Of a stretch of 64,000 bases of DNA, positions 9,665 to 18,425 are shown in pieces. This DNA comes from Nostoc sp. (lineage in GTDB: Bacteria; Cyanobacteriota; Cyanobacteriia; Cyanobacteriales; Nostocaceae), in NCBI RefSeq assembly GCF_036917675.1, contig NZ_JBALCT010000051.1, forward strand, positions 17,675-81,674, given 5' to 3'. The translations under genes were made by a program, and so were the position numbers. How positions within the stretch are numbered: position 1 is the first letter of the stretch; every line of letters begins with the position of its first letter. The notes below the pieces were generated by a model. The model was not told the origin of the DNA. It saw nothing but the letters and a program-made list of their open reading frames with translations, and did not search any database.

Positions 9665-11836
9665 ATGATCAAACGCCTCCTTGTGGTAGAATCTCCCGGA
9701 AAAGTCAAAAAACTCAGTCAAATTCTGGGTTCAGATTGGAAAGTTCTCGCCAGTTGTGGTCACATCCGAGAACTCAGCAATGAAGGCGATGATTCTTTGG
9801 GCTTTGTCATGGACGGCAATAATGTCCGGTGCAATTATGTCCCGCGTGACCAACGAGCGAAAGAAACAATCCAGAAGCTCAAGTCTGCGGTGAGGCAGGT
9901 TGATGAAGTTATTTTAGCAACTGACCCAGATCGGGAAGGGGAAACGATCGCTTGGCATCTCAAAGAAACGCTGGGTTTAAGAGAACCGAAACGAGTAATT
10001 TATACTGAGATTACAGCATCTGCGGTGCAGAGTGCGATCGCTAATCCCAGAAAGTTAGACCAAAATTTGATCGGTGCTGGGCTGTGCCGAGATTGCCTAG
10101 ATAAGTTGGTGGGTTATAAGGGTAGCCCTTTAGTTTGGGCATTAAATAACGGCGCTAAGAGTGTTGGCAGAGTCCAAAGCGCGACGTTGCACTTGATTTG
10201 TCAGCGAGAAAACGAAATTCTGGCTTTTGTCCCCCAAGATTACTGGAGTGTCTGGGTAGATTATGCTGAAGGATTCCGGGCTTTTTACAAAGGGACGGTC
10301 GATTCTGCAAAAGATGCACCAGACCAAGAAACTGAAACTCACGATGACGCGAAGGTAGGTAATAGTACAGAAACACCAGAGTCTAAACGCGTTCTTTCCG
10401 AAGCAGAGGCAACACGTTTAGTTGAAGAAGCACAGCGACATCCTCATCAGGTGATTCATTTTGAAGGAAAAATCGTTAACCGCCAGCCACCGCCACCATT
10501 TACAACTTCCAGCCTTCAGCAAGCAGCCGGTTCAAAGCTGAGGTTTGCTCCTGACAAAACTATGCTTGTCGCCCAAAAGCTCTATGAGGCAGGGCTGATA
10601 ACATATATGCGAACAGACTCAGTGATGCTGAGTCCTGAATTTTGTGCCAGTGCCCGTAAATGGTTAGAGCAAAATGATCCGCAGAATGTACCGCAGCAAG
10701 TTGCCAAGCATCGTAGTAGCAAATCGGCTCAAGAAGCACATGAGGCGATTCGTCCAACGGATGTGTTCCGTCCCTCAGTTCAATTGCGCTCTGAACTTCC
10801 TGATGATCAGTTTAATCTGTATGTGATGATCTGGAAACGGTCAATTGCCTCTCAGTGTCGTGCTGCCCAATTGCGTAAAACTTTGGTGATTACTCAGTCT
10901 GGCTCTTTACTGTGGTCAGCTAGAGGGCAAGTGATTGAATTCTACGGTTATGCTCGGTACTGGAACAATCTCAGCAAAGATAGTGTTTTACCTTCATTAC
11001 AACACAGACAAGCATTGAAACTGGAGAATGCTGGACATGAGCAGAAGCAGACGCAGCCACCACCCCGTTATAGTGAACCTAAATTAGTACAACTGATGGA
11101 ACGTAAAGGAATTGGTCGCCCAAGTACTTATGCTCCTACTGTTGCTACTTTAAAAAAACGAAATTATGTCGAGTTGATAAAAGACCATCTCCAACCGACA
11201 GCGTTAGGGTTAGAAGTTGATGCGTTTTTGCTCAAAGCACTGCCGGATTTATTAGAGGCAGAATTCACAGCAAAAATGGAAGATGCCCTTGATGCAATCT
11301 CCGAAGGAAAAAACTCTTGGCAGGATTATTTAACTAGTTGGAATCAGAATTATTTTGTACCAGCGCTCTCCAAAGCTAAAACTATAGTTCCAAGTTCCTC
11401 AATAGGTAAAGCTAATGTGATAACTGAGCGCAAATATGAAACTTCCAAGACTCGATGCCCTGAATGCAAAAATTTTCTCGCCAAAATTCCGAGTACTAAG
11501 GTTAAAAAGAAATATTTCCTAAAATGCACAAAAGGCTGTGAAAATGTTGTGCTGTTTTGGAGCGACTTTAACAAAACTTGGCAGCCACCACAAACTAAAG
11601 CAGTCCAAGCTGAAAATCAACAAAAGCCTCCTGTGAAAACGACGGCATATCCCTGCCCAGTATGTAAGAAACCTCTAGAGGAGTACAGTTATATAAAAGA
11701 TGGGCAGAGTAAGACAATGTTGCGATGTTGTGACCCGCGATCGCGTCAGGATACTAAACATAAAGATGTGGCTTATTTCAGTACGCAAAAAGGCTGGTGG
11801 AGTCCTAAGTTTGGGGAGTTAGGAGTTAGGAGTTAG
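9665..11836 (+). CDS. Type IA DNA topoisomerase (Toprim + topoisomerase core + C-terminal Cys4 zinc ribbons)
   Basis: Motifs LLVVESPGKVKKL and ATDPDREGE (Toprim), ITYMRTDS (catalytic Tyr), and CPECKNF..CTKGC plus CPVCKK..RCC zinc motifs. At 723 aa it is shorter than I recall for housekeeping cyanobacterial TopA (not checked). Confidence 0.9.
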   Translation: MIKRLLVVESPGKVKKLSQILGSDWKVLASCGHIRELSNEGDDSLGFVMDGNNVRCNYVPRDQRAKETIQKLKSAVRQVDEVILATDPDREGETIAWHLKETLGLREPKRVIYTEITASAVQSAIANPRKLDQNLIGAGLCRDCLDKLVGYKGSPLVWALNNGAKSVGRVQSATLHLICQRENEILAFVPQDYWSVWVDYAEGFRAFYKGTVDSAKDAPDQETETHDDAKVGNSTETPESKRVLSEAEATRLVEEAQRHPHQVIHFEGKIVNRQPPPPFTTSSLQQAAGSKLRFAPDKTMLVAQKLYEAGLITYMRTDSVMLSPEFCASARKWLEQNDPQNVPQQVAKHRSSKSAQEAHEAIRPTDVFRPSVQLRSELPDDQFNLYVMIWKRSIASQCRAAQLRKTLVITQSGSLLWSARGQVIEFYGYARYWNNLSKDSVLPSLQHRQALKLENAGHEQKQTQPPPRYSEPKLVQLMERKGIGRPSTYAPTVATLKKRNYVELIKDHLQPTALGLEVDAFLLKALPDLLEAEFTAKMEDALDAISEGKNSWQDYLTSWNQNYFVPALSKAKTIVPSSSIGKANVITERKYETSKTRCPECKNFLAKIPSTKVKKKYFLKCTKGCENVVLFWSDFNKTWQPPQTKAVQAENQQKPPVKTTAYPCPVCKKPLEEYSYIKDGQSKTMLRCCDPRSRQDTKHKDVAYFSTQKGWWSPKFGELGVRS

Positions 11837-11856
11837 GAGTTAGGAGTTAGGAGTTC
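11815..11856 (+). repeat. GGAGTTA heptamer tandem array (6 units) containing the topoisomerase stop codon
   Basis: ggagtta x5 followed by ggagttc. The CDS ends ..GELGVRS-TAG inside the array. Confidence 0.9.
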
Positions 11857-11868
11857 TATTAAAATTCT

Positions 11869-11970
11869 CGTTTCCAGCCAGAGGCTGGAAATGCTGCTCA
11901 TTGAGGCTCTGCCGCGAGTACGGGAGGCGGAGCCTCACATACGCATTCCCAGTCTCTGACTGGGAACGAG
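11869..11970. repeat. Hairpin-rich dispersed repeat (TTCCAGCC-AGAG-GCTGGAA ... GAGGCGGAGCCTC ... TTCCCAGTC-TCTG-ACTGGGAA)
   Basis: Three consecutive short palindromes, typical of Nostoc intergenic repeats. Only one copy is present in this window. Confidence 0.45.
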
Positions 11971-12066
11971 ACAATCTCTAAGTTTGTAGACTGGCTTTCA
12001 CGTAAAGTTGACACCGATGCTCCAGAGCAAACGCATCTACGCATCTAAATTTTGACCGAAGTGCGA

Positions 12067-12342
12067 TTACAAATTTTTGTAGACTTCACCATCATTTCGC
12101 TTACCAATGCGAAAAACATCAATCAATTTGCTTTCTTCATCAATCGTGTAGAGAATTCTATATTCACCTTTAGAAACACGATAACCACCCTCATAGCCTT
12201 TCAAGGCTTTGCAATCTTGAGGTTGAGAATTGCCTTGAAGCGAAAGGATTTTAGATACAACCTGCTTATAAAATTTCGCTTGCAAATCCAGCAAATCTTT
12301 TTCAGCAGTCTTAGCAATTCTCAAACTGTAGCGTTCACTCAT
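12067..12342 (-). CDS. relE: RelE/ParE-family type II toxin
   Basis: MSERYSLRIAKTAEKDLLDL...ALKGYEGGYRVSKGEYRILYTIDEESKLIDVFRIGKRNDGEVY matches the RelE/ParE pattern. It overlaps the upstream antitoxin by 8 nt. An alternative GTG start lies at 12348. Confidence 0.85.
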   Translation of the reverse strand: MSERYSLRIAKTAEKDLLDLQAKFYKQVVSKILSLQGNSQPQDCKALKGYEGGYRVSKGEYRILYTIDEESKLIDVFRIGKRNDGEVYKNL

Positions 12343-12586
12343 TTCCACGCTTGGTACTAATTGCGTCTAAGTTAGTAAACCCATCATTTTCCTCAATTGC
12401 ACGACGAAGTGTTTCAGAATCAATGGCATCTTCAACAGCTTCAAGCAATTTCAAATCATCAAGACCGATAATTGCTACGGCAGCTTTACCATGACGCTGG
12501 ATTACAATACGCTCACCCTTATACTCAGCACGATTAATCAGCTCTTGGAAGTTTGCACGAGCTTCTGTTGCACTTATTGCAGTCAT
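12335..12586 (-). CDS. Phd/YefM-family antitoxin
   Basis: MTAISATEARANFQELINRAEYKGERIVIQRHGKAAVAIIGLDDLKLLE is a canonical Phd/YefM N-terminus. Confidence 0.85.
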   Translation of the reverse strand: MTAISATEARANFQELINRAEYKGERIVIQRHGKAAVAIIGLDDLKLLEAVEDAIDSETLRRAIEENDGFTNLDAISTKRGNE

Positions 12587-12721
12587 AGAACTTCACAAAA
12601 TTAAATAATTGATGCTAATCAAAATGTAAGTTTTGTACAAATTGCTAAAAATATACAAAATTTACGTTCTGTACTAATCTTACACAATGGATAGAACAAT
12701 TTCCAGAGTAAAAACTAAAAT

Positions 12722-12823
12722 AGGATTTACGCAAAACTACACGCGGTAGGGGCAATTCATGAATTTCCCCTACCTGAAAATTAGGGTTTTGGCTATTGTT
12801 TGCATAAGTCCTGTAAGTCCTGG
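12722..12823. repeat. Second copy (inverted) of the GGGGCAATTCATGAATT-core MITE-like repeat
   Basis: AGGATTTACGCAAAACTACACGCGGTAGGGGCAATTCATGAATTTCCCCTAC matches the reverse complement of 5729..5822. Confidence 0.6.
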
Positions 12824-12914
12824 GTCTGGGCTTAACTCTGATTTCTCACAAGTGAGAAAAAATCATGGGGGTCGGCTGTAAAATACAAGCGACCAATCCA
12901 AAAGTGTGCTAAAT

Positions 12915-13286
12915 CTAACGAGAAAAACCTTTGCCTGGGCGTTTTGAGGGATTGGTATCTGCGACCTTATCAGCCGCGTCTTGAATATCTTTCCCTAATT
13001 GTTTTAGTGGCTCTTTTACTCCGTATTCGATTACATCTGACAAGGGCGCTCCCTCATATTCGCCATTAATTGAGATGCCTTGGATACGGACATCAGATTC
13101 ACCGCTAATTCCTATGTCACCACTGATATGAGCCATTACCTGTAGGGCTTTATCTCCACCACCTGTCCAATTTAAATCAGTGGACGATATATCATTAATG
13201 CGTTCGTTTAATCCTTCAACTGCTTGGCGAAGCATAGATATTTCATCAACAAGTTTTGACAGAACTTGCAAAAATTCTTCGTTCAT
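12915..13286 (-). CDS. Hypothetical protein (N-terminal coiled-coil helix, Gly/Ile-rich beta segment)
   Basis: The ORF runs 12915..13337. ATG at 13286 (MNEEFLQVLSKLVDEISMLRQ) is preferred. No motif recognised. Confidence 0.5.
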   Translation of the reverse strand: MNEEFLQVLSKLVDEISMLRQAVEGLNERINDISSTDLNWTGGGDKALQVMAHISGDIGISGESDVRIQGISINGEYEGAPLSDVIEYGVKEPLKQLGKDIQDAADKVADTNPSKRPGKGFSR

Positions 13287-13368
13287 GGGCGTTATTTTCC
13301 TTTTAGTGTGTGTAATGCACCGGGGTTTGACCTGCATACCTCATTGAAAATAGATCATAGTATTTAAG

Positions 13369-13485
13369 TCAACACACTTGACTGACCTTAGCCGCAAGTT
13401 CAGCGATGTTCATCTGCTCGTAGTGTTCAAAGGGTTGGTGAATCCAGGGGTTGTTAGGCAGATAATCAACATAATAATCGGGGTT
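13369..13485 (-). pseudogene. Displaced 3-prime fragment (last ~37 codons plus stop) of a phosphoribosyltransferase gene homologous to 14687..15202
   Basis: It is about 89% identical by eye to 14687..14800 and keeps the reading frame: PDYYVDYLPNNPWIHQPFEHYEQMNIAELAAKVSQVC-stop versus PDYYVDYLADNPWIYQPFEHYEQMNLAELATKVSPC-stop. Homology stops exactly at the MITE end. Confidence 0.75.
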
Positions 13486-13642
13486 CTACCGATCCCCTTA
13501 TGCAAAATCGGGTTGAAAATCCTTAAAAGCTTTACCCCGTAAGTATTTCAACCAAAATAATATGTTTAAGCTTGATAAGCCTTGCCTTATAAGACTTTCA
13601 CCCTGATTGAGGTTTAATTACCATAAGGGGATCGGTAGAGCC
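13483..13642. mobile_element. 160-bp MITE with 22-bp terminal inverted repeats
   Basis: Left end GGTTCTACCGATCCCCTTATGC. Right end CCATAAGGGGATCGGTAGAGCC, which matches at 20 of 22 positions when reverse-complemented. Confidence 0.65.
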
Positions 13643-13720
13643 GTAATTTATTTAAAATCTGTATAATTAGAAGCCCAGAGGGATGTCTCTGGGCTTTACA
13701 CATTCTATTTAGACTGCAAG

Positions 13721-14020
13721 TTAAAAAGGCTGTAAATTGATAGGAGATATTTTTTTCAAACTTTCAGATTCTTGTGCAGCATTCCAAAGATCGTAGTTTT
13801 GCTGAAGATTTAACCAAAGTTCTGGAGTCGTTTGAAAAGCTATTGCTAAACGAAGCGCCATAGTGGGAGAAACACCAGCTTGCTCATTTACAATTTCTGA
13901 AACTGTTTTACGTGAGACATCTAAAATCTCAGCTAGCTGAGTATTGGTCATTTTTAAAGGTTCTAAATATTGACGCTTAATCAAAGCACCAGGATGTCTC
14001 GGCTTTCTTTTCGTTATCAT
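13721..14020 (-). CDS. higA: HigA-family antitoxin (XRE-type HTH)
   Basis: MITKRKPRHPGALIKRQYLEPLKMTNTQLAEILDVSRKTVSEIVNEQAGVSPTMALRLAIAFQTTPELWLNLQQNYDLW is the canonical HigA pattern. ATG at 14020 is preferred over the longer ORF start at 14077. Confidence 0.9.
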   Translation of the reverse strand: MITKRKPRHPGALIKRQYLEPLKMTNTQLAEILDVSRKTVSEIVNEQAGVSPTMALRLAIAFQTTPELWLNLQQNYDLWNAAQESESLKKISPINLQPF

Positions 14021-14030
14021 AATCAAATTC

Positions 14031-14309
14031 CTAGTGATAATCTTCGTAATCAACAACGTAAGCATTACCATCTTCAAATTGAAAGGTTACACGCCAATTT
14101 CCAGATACTTTTACCGACCATTCATTTTTTCGATCACCTTTTAACTGGTGAAGCCTAGAACCTGGGTATCTCATGTCCTCAACTTGAGAAGATGCATGAA
14201 GTCTATCAAGAATATCTAGTAATTTTTCTGCGTGTTTAGGCTGAATACCGCTTCTATCATCAAGTTCAAAAAGTTTTTCCAGTCCTTTATGCTTAAACGT
14301 TTTGATCAA
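14031..14309 (-). CDS. higB: HigB toxin (RelE-fold plasmid-maintenance killer protein)
   Basis: (M)IKTFKHKGLEKLFELDDRSGIQPKHAEKLLDILDRL...WSVKVSGNWRVTFQFEDGNAYVVDYEDYH. Apparent TTG start. Confidence 0.88.
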   Translation of the reverse strand: MIKTFKHKGLEKLFELDDRSGIQPKHAEKLLDILDRLHASSQVEDMRYPGSRLHQLKGDRKNEWSVKVSGNWRVTFQFEDGNAYVVDYEDYH

Positions 14310-14319
14310 TATCTAAATC

Positions 14320-14349
14320 GTAACCCTAAGGGTTACAGTTGTCAACTGT
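14320..14349 (-). promoter_or_regulatory. Two overlapping palindromes upstream of higB (GTAACCCTAAGGGTTAC and ACAGTTGTCAACTGT), with an embedded TTGACA-N17-TACGAT promoter-like motif
   Basis: The minus strand reads CAGTTGACAACTGTAACCCTTAGGGTTACGATTTAGATATTG(start). This is a candidate HigA operator plus promoter. Confidence 0.45.
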
Positions 14350-14515
14350 ACATATATTACTCGGTTAGTTGTAATTTCTAATCAAAAACAAGATCGAATC
14401 TCGCGTTGCCTCAATTGGCAGCTTATATCTGAAAAAAATTACCCATCACGAATGCTTTCAAACACCTTCGGAGTCAAATCGTTGTAGGCTTTGGATCGCA
14501 GGGTCTAGTCTAACA

Positions 14516-14599
14516 ATGAAAATAAATCGGCACGGACACGCCAAGGTTCTAACGCAGTCAGAGATGCAGAATAAGTTTGCCAATTTTGGCAAAATATAG
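14516..14599 (+). pseudogene. Truncated N-terminal relic (27 codons) of a small cyanobacterial tyrosine recombinase/integrase
   Basis: MKINRHGHAKVLTQSEMQNKFANFGKI-stop. MKINRHG.AK.LT..E is how I recall a ~200-aa Nostoc integrase family beginning. The rest of the gene is absent. Confidence 0.4.
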
Positions 14600-14686
14600 T
14601 AATAAATCTGGTGAGCCAAAAAAGCTCACTCCATAACCTTTTTTAATTCTTAATTTTGAATTCTGCGTAGCGATACTAAGTGTTTA

Positions 14687-15202
14687 TCAACACGGACTGA
14701 CCTTAGTGGCAAGTTCGGCGAGGTTCATCTGCTCGTAGTGTTCAAAGGGTTGGTAAATCCAAGGGTTGTCAGCCAAGTAATCGACATAATAATCGGGTGT
14801 TATAACTGAACAGGCTTTATACCAAAGAACGGCGGTGCGGATTTCCTCTATGGGGAAATCAGTATTTCGCTTGAGCCAAGGTATAGTATATTGCAGTGTG
14901 ATCCCAGAGTCTACTAAGTCATCCACTAAAAGAATGCGCGAACCTAGCTTTTCGGCAGTCATCGTCAGGTGGCGCGAGAAAATTAAATTACTTCTTTCTT
15001 GCTTGCTAGCACCTCTGTAAGATGAGGTTGCTAAAATTGCCAGTGGTTGCTGGTATATACGGGAAAGAATATCTCCAACTCGTAGTCCTCCTCTAGCAAG
15101 ACAGATAATCTGGTTGAATTCCCAACTGGATTGATAAATCTGAATAGCCAGTTGTTCAATTTTTTGGTGATAATCTGACCAAGAAACATAAAGGTCTGAC
15201 AT
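14687..15202 (-). CDS. Phosphoribosyltransferase family protein (purine PRT-like)
   Basis: PRPP-binding motif RILLVDDLVDSGITL. 171 aa. Confidence 0.85.
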   Translation of the reverse strand: MSDLYVSWSDYHQKIEQLAIQIYQSSWEFNQIICLARGGLRVGDILSRIYQQPLAILATSSYRGASKQERSNLIFSRHLTMTAEKLGSRILLVDDLVDSGITLQYTIPWLKRNTDFPIEEIRTAVLWYKACSVITPDYYVDYLADNPWIYQPFEHYEQMNLAELATKVSPC

Positions 15203-15284
15203 AAGTCTAACTGGAGTGGTAGATAGCTAGTATTGAAGGCGATACGATCGCAAACTTATTATTTTAGTATGAGTGCAAGTTATT

Positions 15285-16736
15285 ATGAACGATTCTGCTA
15301 CTGATGGTGATGCCCAACGAGATCCTCTAAGTCAAAAACTCGACTTTAAAACAAAGCTGGCTTACGGTGCAGGGGATTTAGGCCCAGCAATTACTGCAAA
15401 TATCTCAGTATTTTATCTGCTGTTTTTCTTTACCAATATCGCTGGTATCCCTGCGGGTTTAGCTGGCAGCATTTTGATGATTAGCAAAATCTGGGATGGC
15501 ATAAATGATCCGCTTGTCGGGTTCCTGAGCGATAAAACGAAATCTCGTCGTTGGGGCCGTCGTCTGCCTTGGATGTTTTATGGAGCAATTCCCTTTGGAA
15601 TTTTCTTTTTCTTGCAGTGGATTGTACCGCAATTTAGGGCAAATCAGAGTGATAATATTTGGCCGTTGTTCTTATACTACGTGGGGATTGGGGTGCTATC
15701 TCAGTCCTTTTTCACAGTTGTGAATTTGCCTTATACGGCAATGACTCCAGAACTAACTCAAGATTACGACGAACGCACCAGCCTTAACACCTTTCGATTT
15801 ACATTTTCCATTGGTGGTAGCATTCTGTCGTTGATTTTAGCGCAAATTGTTTTTTCCCAAATTGCCGATCGCCAACAACGATATCTCGTTTTAGCAGCAA
15901 TTTGTACTGTAATTTCGATTTTGGCATTATATTGGTGCATTTTTGGAGTCCGCGATCGCATCCGGGCTTTTGAGGCCAAACGCATTCAAGCCGAAGAACC
16001 TGCATCTATCCCCTTCTTGGAACAACTAAAAATTGTCTTTAGCAACCGACCTTTTCTATTTGTTATTGGTATATATCTTTTTTCTTGGCTAGGTGTGCAG
16101 ATTACAGCCAGCATTATTCCCTATTTTGTAGTCAATTGTATGGGCCTTAAAGAATCAGATGTGCCCACACTGCTGATTGCAGTGCAAGGAACTGCCCTGC
16201 TGATGCTATTTGTCTGGGGGGCGCTGAGTAAAAAAATCGGCAAAAAACTTGTTTATTTTCTGGGAATGAGTTTATGGATCATAGCTGCTGCCGGACTATT
16301 TTTCTTACAACCTGGTCAAATAATTTTGATGTATGTGATGGCTGTGATGGCCGGTGTTGGTGTATCTACAGCTTATCTAATTCCCTGGTCGATGATTCCA
16401 GATGTGATTGAATTAGATGAACTCCAAACCGGACAACGCAGAGAAGGCATTTTTTATGGCTTTATGGTTTTGCTACAAAAATTTGGTTTAGCTTTCGGGC
16501 TGTTTTTGGTAGGAAATACTTTACAAGCATCGGGTTTCAAAGCATCTGTAGCCGGAAGTCCACTACCCATCCAACCGGAATCGGCACTGTTTGCTATTCG
16601 TATTGCCGTTGGCCCCATACCTACAGTTTGTTTGATTCTTGGCTTAGTTTTAACGTATTTTTACCCGATTACCCGCGAGATGCATGCAGAAATTATGCTG
16701 AAACTCAAAGAACGGCAAGAGAAAAAGGGGAGTTAA
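15285..16736 (+). CDS. MFS transporter, glycoside-pentoside-hexuronide (GPH):cation symporter family
   Basis: KLAYGAGDLG...FYLLFFFTN.AGIPAGLAG...KIWDGINDPLVGFLSDKT.SRWGRR.PWM is the typical GPH/MelB signature. About 12 TM segments. The ORF opens with GTG at 15273. Confidence 0.85.
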   Translation: MNDSATDGDAQRDPLSQKLDFKTKLAYGAGDLGPAITANISVFYLLFFFTNIAGIPAGLAGSILMISKIWDGINDPLVGFLSDKTKSRRWGRRLPWMFYGAIPFGIFFFLQWIVPQFRANQSDNIWPLFLYYVGIGVLSQSFFTVVNLPYTAMTPELTQDYDERTSLNTFRFTFSIGGSILSLILAQIVFSQIADRQQRYLVLAAICTVISILALYWCIFGVRDRIRAFEAKRIQAEEPASIPFLEQLKIVFSNRPFLFVIGIYLFSWLGVQITASIIPYFVVNCMGLKESDVPTLLIAVQGTALLMLFVWGALSKKIGKKLVYFLGMSLWIIAAAGLFFLQPGQIILMYVMAVMAGVGVSTAYLIPWSMIPDVIELDELQTGQRREGIFYGFMVLLQKFGLAFGLFLVGNTLQASGFKASVAGSPLPIQPESALFAIRIAVGPIPTVCLILGLVLTYFYPITREMHAEIMLKLKERQEKKGS

Positions 16737-17148
16737 AATAATTCGTTAGGACTAGCCCTTTCAAGGTGTATTAATGTTCTGTGTTTTCTGGGCTAAAATC
16801 TTAGCAGTTGAGACATGGGGCTTGTTCTTAAGATAAGTTCGTTTTGGTTGAGCAATCTTTGGGCCTCTTGGGTGGCGGTGAAAAGCTCTCAGCTTGGCAA
16901 GACCTGCCTTCTGGTTTGAGAATTTGCGATAATTCCATGAAGGTTATGTTGTGGAAAATACCCCATTCTTCAGGGGGAATCGCAATCATCATCCCCCGGT
17001 AGGTATCACCAAAAATAGAGTTAGTCTAGCTTTTGCCCAAAAGTCTTAAGAATCTCTGACTAGAGGCGCAGAGAGTGTCAAGCAAATCTGATCATCAGAT
17101 CAGTGCTAACTAGCGATTAAGGTGGGCACTGTTACCCACCCTAACACT

Positions 17149-17445
17149 CTAACTTGCTACTGCCTCAGCCGGGGCTGCCTCAACAGCAGCTACGGGTAAG
17201 TAAACACTAACTTTTTTACGAGTTTTGCCCTTTCTCTCAAAGGTTACAACTCCGTCAATTAAGGCAAACAGAGTATCATCGCTACCAATACCGACGTTGT
17301 TACCAGGGTGAAATTTGGTGCCACGCTGCCGCACGAGAATGTTTCCTGCACGTACAACTTGACCGCCATAACGCTTGACACCCAGACGCTGGGCATTAGA
17401 ATCACGACCGTTACGTGTACTACCTGTTCCTTTCTTATGAGCCAT
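17149..17445 (-). CDS. rpmA: 50S ribosomal protein L27
   Basis: [46 protein letters not shown]. Confidence 0.97.
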   Translation of the reverse strand: MAHKKGTGSTRNGRDSNAQRLGVKRYGGQVVRAGNILVRQRGTKFHPGNNVGIGSDDTLFALIDGVVTFERKGKTRKKVSVYLPVAAVEAAPAEAVAS

Positions 17446-17475
17446 GATTTCCTCTTGTTTATCTACTTCTTTTTA

Positions 17476-17883
17476 TTATTCAGCAGCGATTTCAACTTCT
17501 TCGGCAGCAGTCTCATCTTTAACGGGGATTTCCTCCTCCGTTGCTCCTTGGGCAGCAAACACTGCACCGTTAAGGGTGATGGAGTCAATCATAAGTCTGG
17601 TAATTTCCTGACGATGCCCCCGCTTTTTGCGGGTTTTCTTTTTCGGCTTCATTTTGTATACCAGAACTTTACGACCCCTATAATGTCGCATTACAGTCCC
17701 TTCTACGGTCGCGCCTGTCACTAGTGGCTGTCCAATGGTGACTTCGCCATCGTGCTGCACGAGCAATACGGAGTCTATTGTAACTTTTTCATCTGGTTCG
17801 TTCGTAAGCAGTTCAATGTCATAAAACCGCCCTGGCTCTACTCGTATTTGTTTGCCGCCAGTTTCAATAATTGCGTAGGTCAT
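17476..17883 (-). CDS. rplU: 50S ribosomal protein L21 (with acidic C-terminal extension)
   Basis: MTYAIIETGGKQIRVEPGRFYD...KKTRKKRGHRQ. It lies immediately upstream of rpmA, the classical operon order. Confidence 0.95.
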   Translation of the reverse strand: MTYAIIETGGKQIRVEPGRFYDIELLTNEPDEKVTIDSVLLVQHDGEVTIGQPLVTGATVEGTVMRHYRGRKVLVYKMKPKKKTRKKRGHRQEITRLMIDSITLNGAVFAAQGATEEEIPVKDETAAEEVEIAAE

Positions 17884-18069
17884 GGAATTGTCCTTGAGGT
17901 TGCCGTACAGGTAGCTGGTTTTTATCTCCTGTAGAGAAGCTTCTGCCAGCTTTTGTAATATGTCTACCTGATCCGAGCAGGAATTAGACAGACAATCTAA
18001 TATACTATTTTATTAACAGGTATGAAGTCAAGCTCTAACAGGATTTTTGGATTTGGCATTGGTGTCTTG

Positions 18070-18281
18070 TCAATGTTGTTCTGTCGTTCTGTCCAAACGA
18101 CAACCACTACACCGTTCCTAAAAAGCCGATTCGGATCCAGCGTTCTTCGCCATAATCAAAACGCTCATCAGAGCTTTATCAGCATGGAATTGTCAAAAAT
18201 TACGAGGACATCTGCAAAATCAATTCGATGTTTACGAATATTTTCAAGATTCTTTGTTTCGTCCCACTCAAACTGTATCAA
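18070..18281 (-). pseudogene. brnT: BrnT (DUF497) toxin pseudogene with at least two frameshifts and a truncated 3-prime end
   Basis: The minus strand from TTG at 18281 reads LIQFEWDETKNLENIRKHRIDFADVLVIFDNSMLIKL-stop. A frame shift gives DERFDYGEERWIRIGFLGTV-stop, and another gives NGVVVVVWTERQNNI. Joined, these match the BrnT pattern FEWDE.KN..N..KH.I.F.D...VF..PML..LDER.DYGE.RWI.IG.L...VVVV.TE. Confidence 0.65.
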
Positions 18282-18425
18282 AGCTTAATGAACAATATAG
18301 AAACATTTAAGCCCATTATCGCTTATTCCAGATGAATAACAAATCCTGCGATCGCACTTCTCATCGTGGAAGTGGTTAAGATTGTGAGTAGAAAAAGATG
18401 TTGGGTTTCCTAGCGCCAACTCAAC

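Noticed and set aside
12915-13286. Bactofilin-like or third TA component role for the 123-aa orphan
   Set aside because: Only one short Gly/Ile-periodic stretch (GDIGISGESDVRIQGISING) is present, which is too short for a bactofilin domain. There is no coupling to the adjacent TA genes.
16790-17010. Possible transposase or IS relic in the MFS-rpmA spacer (minus-strand frames such as LAKLRAFHRHPRGPKIAQPKRTYLKNKPH)
   Set aside because: I cannot match the peptide to any family with confidence. There are no terminal repeats and multiple stops in all frames.
18022-18288. 88-aa plus-strand ORF from the track
   Set aside because: It is the antisense shadow of the frameshifted brnT relic. The opposite strand carries clear DUF497 sequence, and this frame has no motif and an odd composition.
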